A DNA stretch of 43,073 bases, from positions 1 to 43,073 of the forward strand of contig CAZNQC010000008.1 in the NCBI GenBank assembly GCA_964574825.1, given 5' to 3'. The translations under genes were made by a program, and so were the position numbers. Positions 1 to 9,551 of the stretch are shown one piece after another. The notes beneath the pieces are model-generated. The model made no database searches and had not been told where the DNA came from. It worked only from the letters and a program-made list of their open reading frames with translations. How positions within the stretch are numbered: the first letter of the stretch is position 1; the number at the start of each line of letters is the position of its first letter. Origin of the DNA: an uncultured Sphaerobacteraceae bacterium. Its GTDB lineage: Bacteria; Chloroflexota; Chloroflexia; Thermomicrobiales; UBA6265.

Positions 1-27
1 CCCGTCGCTGATCTGCCCGGCGACGGG
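1..27. terminator. Hairpin at the window edge, possible terminator for a flanking gene
   Basis: Inverted repeat CCCGTCGC (1-8) / GCGACGGG (20-27) with an 11-nt loop, about 108 nt beyond the stop of the minus-strand acyltransferase. No clear U-tract. The window edge removes context. Confidence 0.25.
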
Positions 28-134
28 TTCACTCCTGGGAGTTAGCGCGTGAAACCAACTCCGGGTTTGGGGACGAGCCTGATCTCCTGTCCCGATACAC
101 GTCATCCGAAGCCGGTAGGACGTGCGTTCCGTCG

Positions 135-1172
135 CTAGCGCTGGTCTGGTCGTCGCCGCTCCGGCAGCACCTGGGCCACCTTCTCCAGCAGCTCGCTCTC
201 CAGCGGCGAACCGACCGGGAAGACCCGGATCGCCGGAATGGGTTGCTCCGGCCAAACCCGCTGGAACATCACCCATTGGCGCACGCGGGGCCGGATCCCC
301 TCTTCGAGCAGGCCCACCAGTCGCCGCATACCGTTGCGCATGTCGGCTTCGAGGTCGCTGGTCTTGTCGATCGTGAACTGGGGCAGCAGCTCCATCTCGT
401 GACCGCGGCGAGTCCGCCAGGTCATCACCGGCAGCACCACGGCACCGGTATCGCGGGCAATCCGAACCGGGCCGGGCGGAAGCGTGGTGGTGCGGCCAAA
501 GAACTCGACCGTGCGGCCATTCTGGAAGAAGTCTCGATCGCAAACGAAGACCGCAATCTCGTTGTTGCGCAGGGCCCGGATCGCATGCCGCACCCCTGAC
601 GGCGTGGGCTCGACCAGCGTGACTCCACGAGTCCCGCGCAAATGCGTCACCCCATCAAAGATGAAGCGGGATGTGGTGCGACCGGTCACGATGGTGAGGT
701 TGTATCCTCGCGCCCGGAAGATCTGCCCCACCGAATCGAATGCGCCAAGATGGGCAGCCACGAGGATGACGCCACGGCCCGCCTCAAGCGCACGATCGAC
801 CGGTTCCCACTCACCTTCGCTGGTGATCACGAGGGATTTCAGAAGTTCCTTGCGGGACTGCCGGGCCATCGTCATCAGATCGACGAAATTCCGCGAACTC
901 GTCCGGAAGATCGAGCGGGTCGCTTCCGCCACCTCTGGATCGTCGGTCTCCACTCCCAGCACCTGGGAGACGTTTGCTTCGACGTTATCGCGGTAGGTGT
1001 GGGTCATCACGCGAAACGTGTCGCCCACCCGATCGGCAATGGCATACCTGACGGCAGTGGGAATCAGCCAGATCAGCAACGACAGCATGTCGGCCAGGAA
1101 GATGGCCAGGAGGTAGCGAAACTCATGCCGTTCTTCGCGCTGAAAGGCCCGAGGCTTCCGCGGTTCGCTCAT
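135..1172 (-). CDS. Lauroyl/myristoyl-type lipid acyltransferase (LpxL/HtrB/PatA-like, LPLAT superfamily)
   Basis: The track ORF 135..1259 has an N-terminal TM helix (YLLAIFLADMLSLLIWLIP), an HX4D catalytic motif (AAHLGAFD) and family-typical TLPPGPVRIA. I placed the start at the internal ATG 1172 (MSEPRKPRAF), because starting at 1259 would overlap the upstream gene by 56 nt. The 1259 start is not excluded. Confidence 0.75.
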   Translation of the reverse strand: MSEPRKPRAFQREERHEFRYLLAIFLADMLSLLIWLIPTAVRYAIADRVGDTFRVMTHTYRDNVEANVSQVLGVETDDPEVAEATRSIFRTSSRNFVDLMTMARQSRKELLKSLVITSEGEWEPVDRALEAGRGVILVAAHLGAFDSVGQIFRARGYNLTIVTGRTTSRFIFDGVTHLRGTRGVTLVEPTPSGVRHAIRALRNNEIAVFVCDRDFFQNGRTVEFFGRTTTLPPGPVRIARDTGAVVLPVMTWRTRRGHEMELLPQFTIDKTSDLEADMRNGMRRLVGLLEEGIRPRVRQWVMFQRVWPEQPIPAIRVFPVGSPLESELLEKVAQVLPERRRPDQR

Positions 1173-1203
1173 GACGTTGCGATGATGGGGCGCACGTCGA
1201 CCG

Positions 1204-1848
1204 TCATGCCGCTTGCTCGCCTTCGTCCATCTCCCGGATAAAGGCGATCGAGTCGACAAAGACCGGCAGTGCCCGGATCACGGTCAATGCCACGGCGCTC
1301 CAAACCAGTGCCCAGCCGAGCCAGCGAACCGCCTCGACGCCGTAGAACGACCCAATGAACGTGCCGGTGGTGTCCTTGAACTCCCAGGCCACCAGACCGG
1401 TCAGGAACACAAACCCGGCGGACTTCGCCCAGCCAAAGAATCCACGCATGAACCGGCCCGCCGTCAGCCACTGTGTCAGCGGCGAGCGCATCATGTTGTT
1501 GTCGCCAAACGGAGTCATGCCCTGCATCAGCGACAGCGAACGCAGGCCGTCGACCAGGAAACCCCGGGTCACCACCAGAAGCGGAACCCAGATCGGGATC
1601 AGGTCGAGGTCGGCAAAGATGATCCAGAGGACATTCTCCACCACCCGGTCGCCGGCAATGTCGAAGACTGCCCCAAAGGCGGAGGTGCTGCCCCGCTTAC
1701 GGGCAACCCAACCATCGAGGCCGTCGCTGGCGAAGACGATGATGATCAGCACCATGCAAAGTTGGATGACCTCCACACTGCCGTGGTAGATCATCCAGAT
1801 CACGATAAACAGCAGGATCAGCCGAGCCACGGTGATCAGATTCGCCAT
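1204..1848 (-). CDS. CDP-alcohol phosphatidyltransferase (PgsA / phosphatidylinositol-phosphate synthase-like)
   Basis: The signature D-G-x2-A-R-x8-G-x3-D-x3-D reads as DGWVARKRGSTSAFGAVFDIAGD. The protein is polytopic and hydrophobic. The start is the internal ATG 1848 (MANLITVARL), a typical family N-terminus. Confidence 0.85.
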   Translation of the reverse strand: MANLITVARLILLFIVIWMIYHGSVEVIQLCMVLIIIVFASDGLDGWVARKRGSTSAFGAVFDIAGDRVVENVLWIIFADLDLIPIWVPLLVVTRGFLVDGLRSLSLMQGMTPFGDNNMMRSPLTQWLTAGRFMRGFFGWAKSAGFVFLTGLVAWEFKDTTGTFIGSFYGVEAVRWLGWALVWSAVALTVIRALPVFVDSIAFIREMDEGEQAA

Positions 1849-2079
1849 GTTCGATCCATCCTGCAGGTACGGGGGCAGACATCCAGCGTTGGCGCATGGG
1901 AAGTTTGGGCGGCGGAAAGCGCGGACGCAGTCCAAGTATCCCGCAGTGAGCCCAAACCCTCAAGGAACGCGGCGCCAGGCAACTGTTCAGAGTTGAGAGT
2001 ACGAAAATCGATATCTGCCCCAGCAGCCACCGTAGTGGTCGACCTTCCGAATCTGAACAGGTTCGGCGCCAGGCGATCC

Positions 2080-2781
2080 TCAGGCGCCAGGTTCGATCAG
2101 GTCACTGCCCAGGCCAGCAATCATCGCTGCCGGGTCATCGGTGCAAATGCCGACTGCTCCCCACTCGATGAGTTCGCGCGCCCGCTCCACGTCGTTCACG
2201 GTCCAGACCCAGACACCCAGACCCTGTGCCGCCACGTCGGACATGATCTCGGCGTTCAGCATCCGATTGAAGGCATTGAGTTGCGGTGCCCCGATGTCCT
2301 TCGCTGTCGCGATATCGTCGTCCGAGACCGCCGCCACCAGCGGCCAGAGCTCGATCCCGGCGTCGGTCGCTCGCACGTGACGCAAGGCGTCATGATTGAA
2401 CGATGAAATGGCGAACGCAAGGTCAGGATACTCACTGGTCAGGGCCAGCACGGCATCGCCCGCTTCACCAGCCTTGATTTCGATGTTGACGTGCAGCTTG
2501 CCAGAGACCAGATCGAGCACCTGGCGCAGAGTCGGGACCGGCTCGCCGTTGCCGGCATCGAGCGCCTGCAGGTCCGCCACCGTCAGGTCGGCGACTGCCC
2601 CGGTACCGTTGGTCGTACGGTCCACCGTCTCATCGTGAATGACAACCGGCACGCCGTCAGCTGACAGGTGCACATCCAGTTCGATGCCGAATGCTCCCAG
2701 TTCGACCGCCCGGGCAAAGGCCGGCAAGGTGTTCTCCGGGAGTTCAGCCGATGCGCCACGGTGCGCGTAGATTCCAGCCAT
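2080..2781 (-). CDS. Glycerophosphodiester phosphodiesterase (GlpQ/UgpQ family, no signal peptide)
   Basis: The GDPD motifs YAHRGASAELPENTLPAF and ELDVHLSADGVPVVIHDETVDRTTNG are present. The start is the internal ATG 2781 (MAGIYAHRG). Confidence 0.85.
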   Translation of the reverse strand: MAGIYAHRGASAELPENTLPAFARAVELGAFGIELDVHLSADGVPVVIHDETVDRTTNGTGAVADLTVADLQALDAGNGEPVPTLRQVLDLVSGKLHVNIEIKAGEAGDAVLALTSEYPDLAFAISSFNHDALRHVRATDAGIELWPLVAAVSDDDIATAKDIGAPQLNAFNRMLNAEIMSDVAAQGLGVWVWTVNDVERARELIEWGAVGICTDDPAAMIAGLGSDLIEPGA

Positions 2782-2800
2782 GACAGACTCACTCTCCAAC

Positions 2801-2821
2801 ATTGACACGGATCGTATCAAG
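2801..2821 (+). promoter_or_regulatory. HAIR-like inverted repeat, candidate HspR operator
   Basis: ATTGACA-N7-TATCAAG has the 7-N7-7 architecture of the actinobacterial HspR-associated inverted repeat CTTGAGT-N7-ACTCAAG. It shares 9 of 14 positions, including the core TTGA...TCAAG. It overlaps the -35 of the hspR promoter. Confidence 0.4.
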
Positions 2822-2830
2822 AATTATCAT
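2802..2830 (+). promoter_or_regulatory. Sigma-70-type promoter for hspR-clpB
   Basis: TTGACA (2802-2807), a 17-nt spacer, then TATCAT (2825-2830), in an AT-rich patch. GGAGG lies at 2850-2854, 9 nt before ATG 2864. Confidence 0.5.
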
Positions 2831-2863
2831 TCCAGTAGCGTTGCTTACTGGAGGCTATACGAG

Positions 2864-3247
2864 ATGGTTACACGATTTTCCGAACCCCTGTTCGTTATCA
2901 GCGTCGCCGCCCGCCTGGTGGAGATGCATCCGCAGACACTTCGCAAGTATGAGCGCGAGGGGTTGGTTGCTCCATCCCGGACATCCGGCAATCTTCGCCT
3001 CTACTCAGATAGCGACATCGAGCAGCTTCGTCAAGTGAAATACCTGGTTGAGAAGCGCGGTCTCAACCTTGCCGGGGTCCAACTGGCCCTGGATCTGACC
3101 CGCCAGTTGCGCAAGCTGCAACAGGCGCAGCGCAATTCGGCGTCACTCAACATGGAAGCAGAACTCGACGCCATTTTGCGTGCGCTTGGTTTTGTCGACC
3201 AGGCACGCATCACCAACCGCACCCAGGACGAATCCGCCGCCGAATAG
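2864..3247 (+). CDS. hspR: MerR-family heat-shock transcriptional repressor HspR
   Basis: MerR HTH region FVISVAARLVEMHPQTLRKYEREGLVAPSRTSGNLRLYSDSDIEQLRQVKYLV. The gene sits immediately upstream of clpB. The start is the internal ATG 2864, which has an SD; the track start 2780 lies upstream of the predicted promoter. Confidence 0.8.
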   Translation: MVTRFSEPLFVISVAARLVEMHPQTLRKYEREGLVAPSRTSGNLRLYSDSDIEQLRQVKYLVEKRGLNLAGVQLALDLTRQLRKLQQAQRNSASLNMEAELDAILRALGFVDQARITNRTQDESAAE

Positions 3248-3299
3248 TCGTCACCCGCGTGCATTGTGACCATACACCGACTAATGGGAGAGAACAGAC

Positions 3300-5909
<2,610 letters not shown>

Positions 5910-5939
5910 TCGGCCACTGACAGACATGTGAGATACATG

Positions 5940-5975
5940 AACGAGGGCGGGGTGCACGATTCCCCCGCCCTCGTT
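5940..5975 (+). terminator. Hairpin terminator after clpB
   Basis: Perfect 13-bp stem AACGAGGGCGGGG / CCCCGCCCTCGTT with a 10-nt loop, 31 nt after the clpB stop. The trailing U-tract is weak (GTCTATACT). Confidence 0.65.
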
Positions 5976-6063
5976 GTCTATACTGGAATCGTTGGCAGGC
6001 TGGACGACGCGCCAACATCGAGAACACTCCCGGTAGCGCTGCCGGGGAAACGGGAAGGTCGCT

Positions 6064-6198
6064 GTGGAAATCGTCAAATGGTTGATTCAGGCCGTGATCA
6101 TGATGGGATTTGTGGCGTTGGCCTTGATTGCCCTGGCTGGCCTGTTCATGATTGTGTTCTCGATCGCCGCCGGCATCGACCGTCGCATCAACCAATGA
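6064..6198 (+). CDS. Small hydrophobic membrane protein (44 aa), absent from the ORF track
   Basis: GTG 6064 is preceded by GGAAGG (6053-6058) with a 5-nt spacer. Hand translation gives (M)EIVKWLIQAVIMMGFVALALIALAGLFMIVFSIAAGIDRRINQ with stop TGA 6196-6198. That is one clear TM helix with a basic C-tail. An alternative start is ATG 6100. Confidence 0.45.
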   Translation: MEIVKWLIQAVIMMGFVALALIALAGLFMIVFSIAAGIDRRINQ

Positions 6199-6318
6199 GT
6201 TCGGGAACCAAATCCTGACTTCATTCGTTGGTGAAACAGGAGCCGCATGGTTCCGGCCTGTCTGGCCATCTCCGGCTCGCTCGCCAGCTAGACCTGGCTC
6301 CGCCGAAAGGACCCGCGC

Positions 6319-8241
6319 ATGTTATCTTCCCGCTCGCTCAAGGCACTGCTGCCTGCAAGGTTGCTGGTGGTCGTGGCGCTGACGTTCGGAAGTCTCACCG
6401 CCGCACTGCTTTCCGGCTCCGTGGCAACGGCCCAATCGCTATCGCCGGTGGCAGATTTCGTTCCGGAACACACGCTGTTCTACGCCGAGTTCGAACTCGA
6501 TCTGGACTCGGATCAGTCGACCCTTGCCTTCGAATTGCTGGATCGCTCCAACCTGCGCTCGTTGATACCTGCGGAAGACGACGAAACGATCGACGATGCC
6601 GTTGATACGCTGGGCATGGTGGTCGACGGTGAAGCCGCGGTGATCGTCACCGAGCTCCCGGTCGATGAACTGGTCTCCGTTGTCGATATGGCCAGCGAGG
6701 CCACCGACCTCGGCATGGATCCGGCTGCGGCCGCCACCGAGGAAATTCCCACCGGTTGGGCTGTGGTGATTCACCCGGCAGATGCCGAGCAGTCCTTCGA
6801 GTTCTACAAGTCCCTCGCCTTCGGCAGTGACGACACAACCGAGCCGGCCGTTGTTCCGTATGGCGGCTTCGAGATTCTGGTCGTCGAGCCGGAAGACGAG
6901 TACGACACTCCCTTCGCCATGGCGCTCGTCGACGATGTGATCGTCCTCGCCAGCGTGGCGCAGGATATCGAACCGGTGATTGACACCGTGGTCGGCGACA
7001 CCGCCTCGCTCGGTAGTTCCGAAGCGTTCGCGAGTGTTCGCGACAACTTCGTGCCGGAAGTCCTCTCCTTCGCATACGTCAACGGCCCGGCGATCATCGC
7101 CGAAGTTGAAGCCGCTGGCGCGGACGAGGCGCTCGACTACCTCGAGTCGCAGGGTGCTTCACTCGACTTCAACCATGGCATGGCTTATTGGGCTGAAGAC
7201 GACGGATTCCACCTGGACACCATTTCGCTCCCGGGCGAATCCGCAGTCATTCCCGACGCCACCATCTACACCGGCGATCTCGCCGCGAACATCCCGGCTG
7301 ACTCGATCGCGTTCTCGGGTGGCATGGATCTCGGCACCAATCCGGGCGTCGAATCTGCAGCACTCGTGATCGCGCAGGGCATCATCTCCGAGCAGACTGG
7401 CGCCGACATTCTGTCTACCCCGGTGACCGATCCCGAGGCCATGGCTGACGCAATCTTCGCGGAAGCCGAAGAGTACCTGGGCTTCAACATCAAGACCGAC
7501 GTGCTCGATTCACTGACTGGTGAGTGGGCGTCGGCCGGCACCATCGGCGCGTTCGATGGGCAGAACATCCCCGATTTCTCGGCCCAGTTCCTGACCGAAA
7601 TCTCGGATCCGGCCGGACCGACCGCGGCGGCAGACGCCATTACCGAGCAGATCGAAGCTGCCGGTGACCCGGACACCACGATTTCCACCCGCGATGTCGA
7701 CGGCAACGAAGTAACGGTGATCGACGTTGTCAGCAATGACTTCAGCTTCACCCTCGAATATGGCGTCGTGGGCGATCTCTTCGCCTTCGGCCTGAACTCG
7801 CCGCTGGAGTTCGCGACGACCCCGGCATCGGCTTCGCTGGCGGACGATGCCGTCTTCGTGCAGACGTTCGAGGCCCTGCCGACGGACAATGTCACCTCGG
7901 TCAGCTACACCAATCTCGGTTTGGTGGTGCCGCTGGTGCAGGACGTCATCGCTGCGTCGTCCAGCATGACTGGTTCCAGCGAACCGGATGCCGACCCCGC
8001 CTGCGCCGACTACGCGTCGCAGGAAGAGGCCCAGTTGGCCTACGATGAAGATTCCTTCGAACTGTGGAACCTCGATCTCGACTTCGACGGCGAAGCTTGC
8101 GAGGACTTCTTCAACACCAGCACACCGGCCTCGCCGGTTGCCGAAGAGACGGTAACGATCAACCTGATCTCGAGCGGAACCGTCACCTACAACAACGGTG
8201 ACTCCATCGGATCGAGCTCCGTTATCCTGATCGGCGGCTGA
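6319..8241 (+). CDS. Secreted, extremely acidic protein with a C-terminal Excalibur Ca-binding motif (function unknown; possibly DUF3352-like body)
   Basis: Signal peptide MLSSRSLKALLPARLLVVVALTFGSLTAALLSGSVATAQS. By eye, only 3 Lys and 6 Arg in 640 aa against a very large D+E content. The Excalibur signature DxDxDGxxCE reads as DLDFDGEACE (8074-8103), preceded by a Cys (PACADY). Confidence 0.8.
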   Translation: MLSSRSLKALLPARLLVVVALTFGSLTAALLSGSVATAQSLSPVADFVPEHTLFYAEFELDLDSDQSTLAFELLDRSNLRSLIPAEDDETIDDAVDTLGMVVDGEAAVIVTELPVDELVSVVDMASEATDLGMDPAAAATEEIPTGWAVVIHPADAEQSFEFYKSLAFGSDDTTEPAVVPYGGFEILVVEPEDEYDTPFAMALVDDVIVLASVAQDIEPVIDTVVGDTASLGSSEAFASVRDNFVPEVLSFAYVNGPAIIAEVEAAGADEALDYLESQGASLDFNHGMAYWAEDDGFHLDTISLPGESAVIPDATIYTGDLAANIPADSIAFSGGMDLGTNPGVESAALVIAQGIISEQTGADILSTPVTDPEAMADAIFAEAEEYLGFNIKTDVLDSLTGEWASAGTIGAFDGQNIPDFSAQFLTEISDPAGPTAAADAITEQIEAAGDPDTTISTRDVDGNEVTVIDVVSNDFSFTLEYGVVGDLFAFGLNSPLEFATTPASASLADDAVFVQTFEALPTDNVTSVSYTNLGLVVPLVQDVIAASSSMTGSSEPDADPACADYASQEEAQLAYDEDSFELWNLDLDFDGEACEDFFNTSTPASPVAEETVTINLISSGTVTYNNGDSIGSSSVILIGG

Positions 8242-8274
8242 TCTTCAAGCAGATCAATGCTGGTCATGAAGCAG

Positions 8275-8305
8275 GAACAGGGCGTCCTTCGGGGGCGCCC
8301 TGTTC
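8275..8305 (+). terminator. Hairpin terminator after the secreted acidic protein gene
   Basis: GAACAGGGCG (8275-8284) / CGCCCTGTTC (8296-8305) around a TCCTTCGGGGG loop region, 34 nt after the stop. Confidence 0.55.
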
Positions 8306-8391
8306 TCGTTCCGCATGCCTACACCCCCCACCGGCGTGGGATAATCGCACCAGATTGACAACCGGCCGCCAGCAAATCGACAGGAACCCTG

Positions 8392-9471
8392 ATGCCCCTG
8401 AATCTGGAACTCCTTCGCTCACTCACCCAAACCCCTGGCATCGCATCCCGCGAGGACCAGGTCCGAGACCTTGTTGCGGCCGAACTCGCGCCACTCGTCG
8501 ATGAGCTCTCCGTCGATCGGATGGGAAACCTGACTGGGACCCGCCAGGGCGGAGATGGGCCACGAATCGCCATTGCCGCCCATATGGACGAGATCGGCTT
8601 CTTCGTGCGGCACATCGATGACAGCGGATATCTCAGGCTGCAGCAGGTTGGGGGATTCGATCCACGGACGCTGGTCGCCCAACGGGTGCGGATTCACACG
8701 CGCGGTGGGGACGTGCTTCCCGGCGTGATCCAGCCCGGCACCAAACCCATCCATCTCCAGAAAGGCGCCGAGAGCAAGGACCTCAAGCTGGACGATATGT
8801 TCGTCGATCTCGGTCTGGCGGGAGATGCCGTGCGGGAGCAGGTGTCGATTGGCGACATGGTGACGATGGACCGGGACCTGGAGCTCATGGGTGAAACGGT
8901 CGTCTCCAAGGCGCTGGACGACCGGCTTGGTGTCTACGTGATGATCGAAGCAATCCGCGCAGTTCAGGAGACGTCTGCCACTGTGGTCGCTATCGCGACG
9001 ACCCAGGAAGAAGTCGGCCTGCGCGGCGCCCGCACCTCCGCCTTTGCTGCTGACGCAGATATCGTGATCGCGCTCGACGTGACCATCGCCGGGGACATTC
9101 CGGGCAACTCGCCAGACAGCTACGTCACCAAACTGGGCGGCGGGGCTGGCATCAAGGTCTACGACAGCAGCCAGTTGCCAAGCATTGCTGTCAACAATCA
9201 CCTGCGCGAACTCGCGGAGCAGCATGGCATTCCCTACCAACTGGAAGTCCTGCCGGCGGGAGGAACTGATGCCGCTGCCTACCAGCAGGCCCGGTCTGGC
9301 GCCTACACGTCCACGATTTCGATGCCCACGCGCTACGTCCACACCGTTAACGAAATGGCCAACGTGAACGATATCCAGGCATGCGTGGATTTGCTGGCCG
9401 CGTTCATCGAAGCAGCCGGCAGCAGGGACTATGGCTATGCGCTTGATCCGTCACTCGTAACCCGGAGCTGA
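8392..9471 (+). CDS. M42 family metallo-aminopeptidase (FrvX/PepA/CelM-like)
   Basis: The N-terminus LLRSLTQTPGIASREDQVRDLV and metal-site region IAIAAHMDEIGFFVRHIDDSGYLRLQQVGGFDPRTL are family-typical, as is QEEVGLRGA. Confidence 0.9.
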   Translation: MPLNLELLRSLTQTPGIASREDQVRDLVAAELAPLVDELSVDRMGNLTGTRQGGDGPRIAIAAHMDEIGFFVRHIDDSGYLRLQQVGGFDPRTLVAQRVRIHTRGGDVLPGVIQPGTKPIHLQKGAESKDLKLDDMFVDLGLAGDAVREQVSIGDMVTMDRDLELMGETVVSKALDDRLGVYVMIEAIRAVQETSATVVAIATTQEEVGLRGARTSAFAADADIVIALDVTIAGDIPGNSPDSYVTKLGGGAGIKVYDSSQLPSIAVNNHLRELAEQHGIPYQLEVLPAGGTDAAAYQQARSGAYTSTISMPTRYVHTVNEMANVNDIQACVDLLAAFIEAAGSRDYGYALDPSLVTRS

Positions 9472-9551
9472 CTCCAGGCGTTGTGAATGCAGAACCCCCG
9501 CGGATCATCGGTACTCCGCGGCCAAGCCTTCGGCATCGAGAGGAGTTTCAG

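Noticed and set aside
1849-2079. 230-nt spacer between the glycerophosphodiesterase and phosphatidyltransferase genes, with small ORF 1836-2030 and a CCGAA...TTCGG mini-hairpin.
   Set aside because: The ORF overlaps the pgsA-like start and has no motifs. The hairpin has only 5 bp. Nothing here is distinctive enough to call.
3248-3299. I looked for a second HAIR or promoter in the hspR-clpB spacer (ATTGTGA...ACTAATG).
   Set aside because: The half-sites and spacing do not fit the 7-N7-7 pattern. The 52-nt gap is more simply explained by co-transcription.
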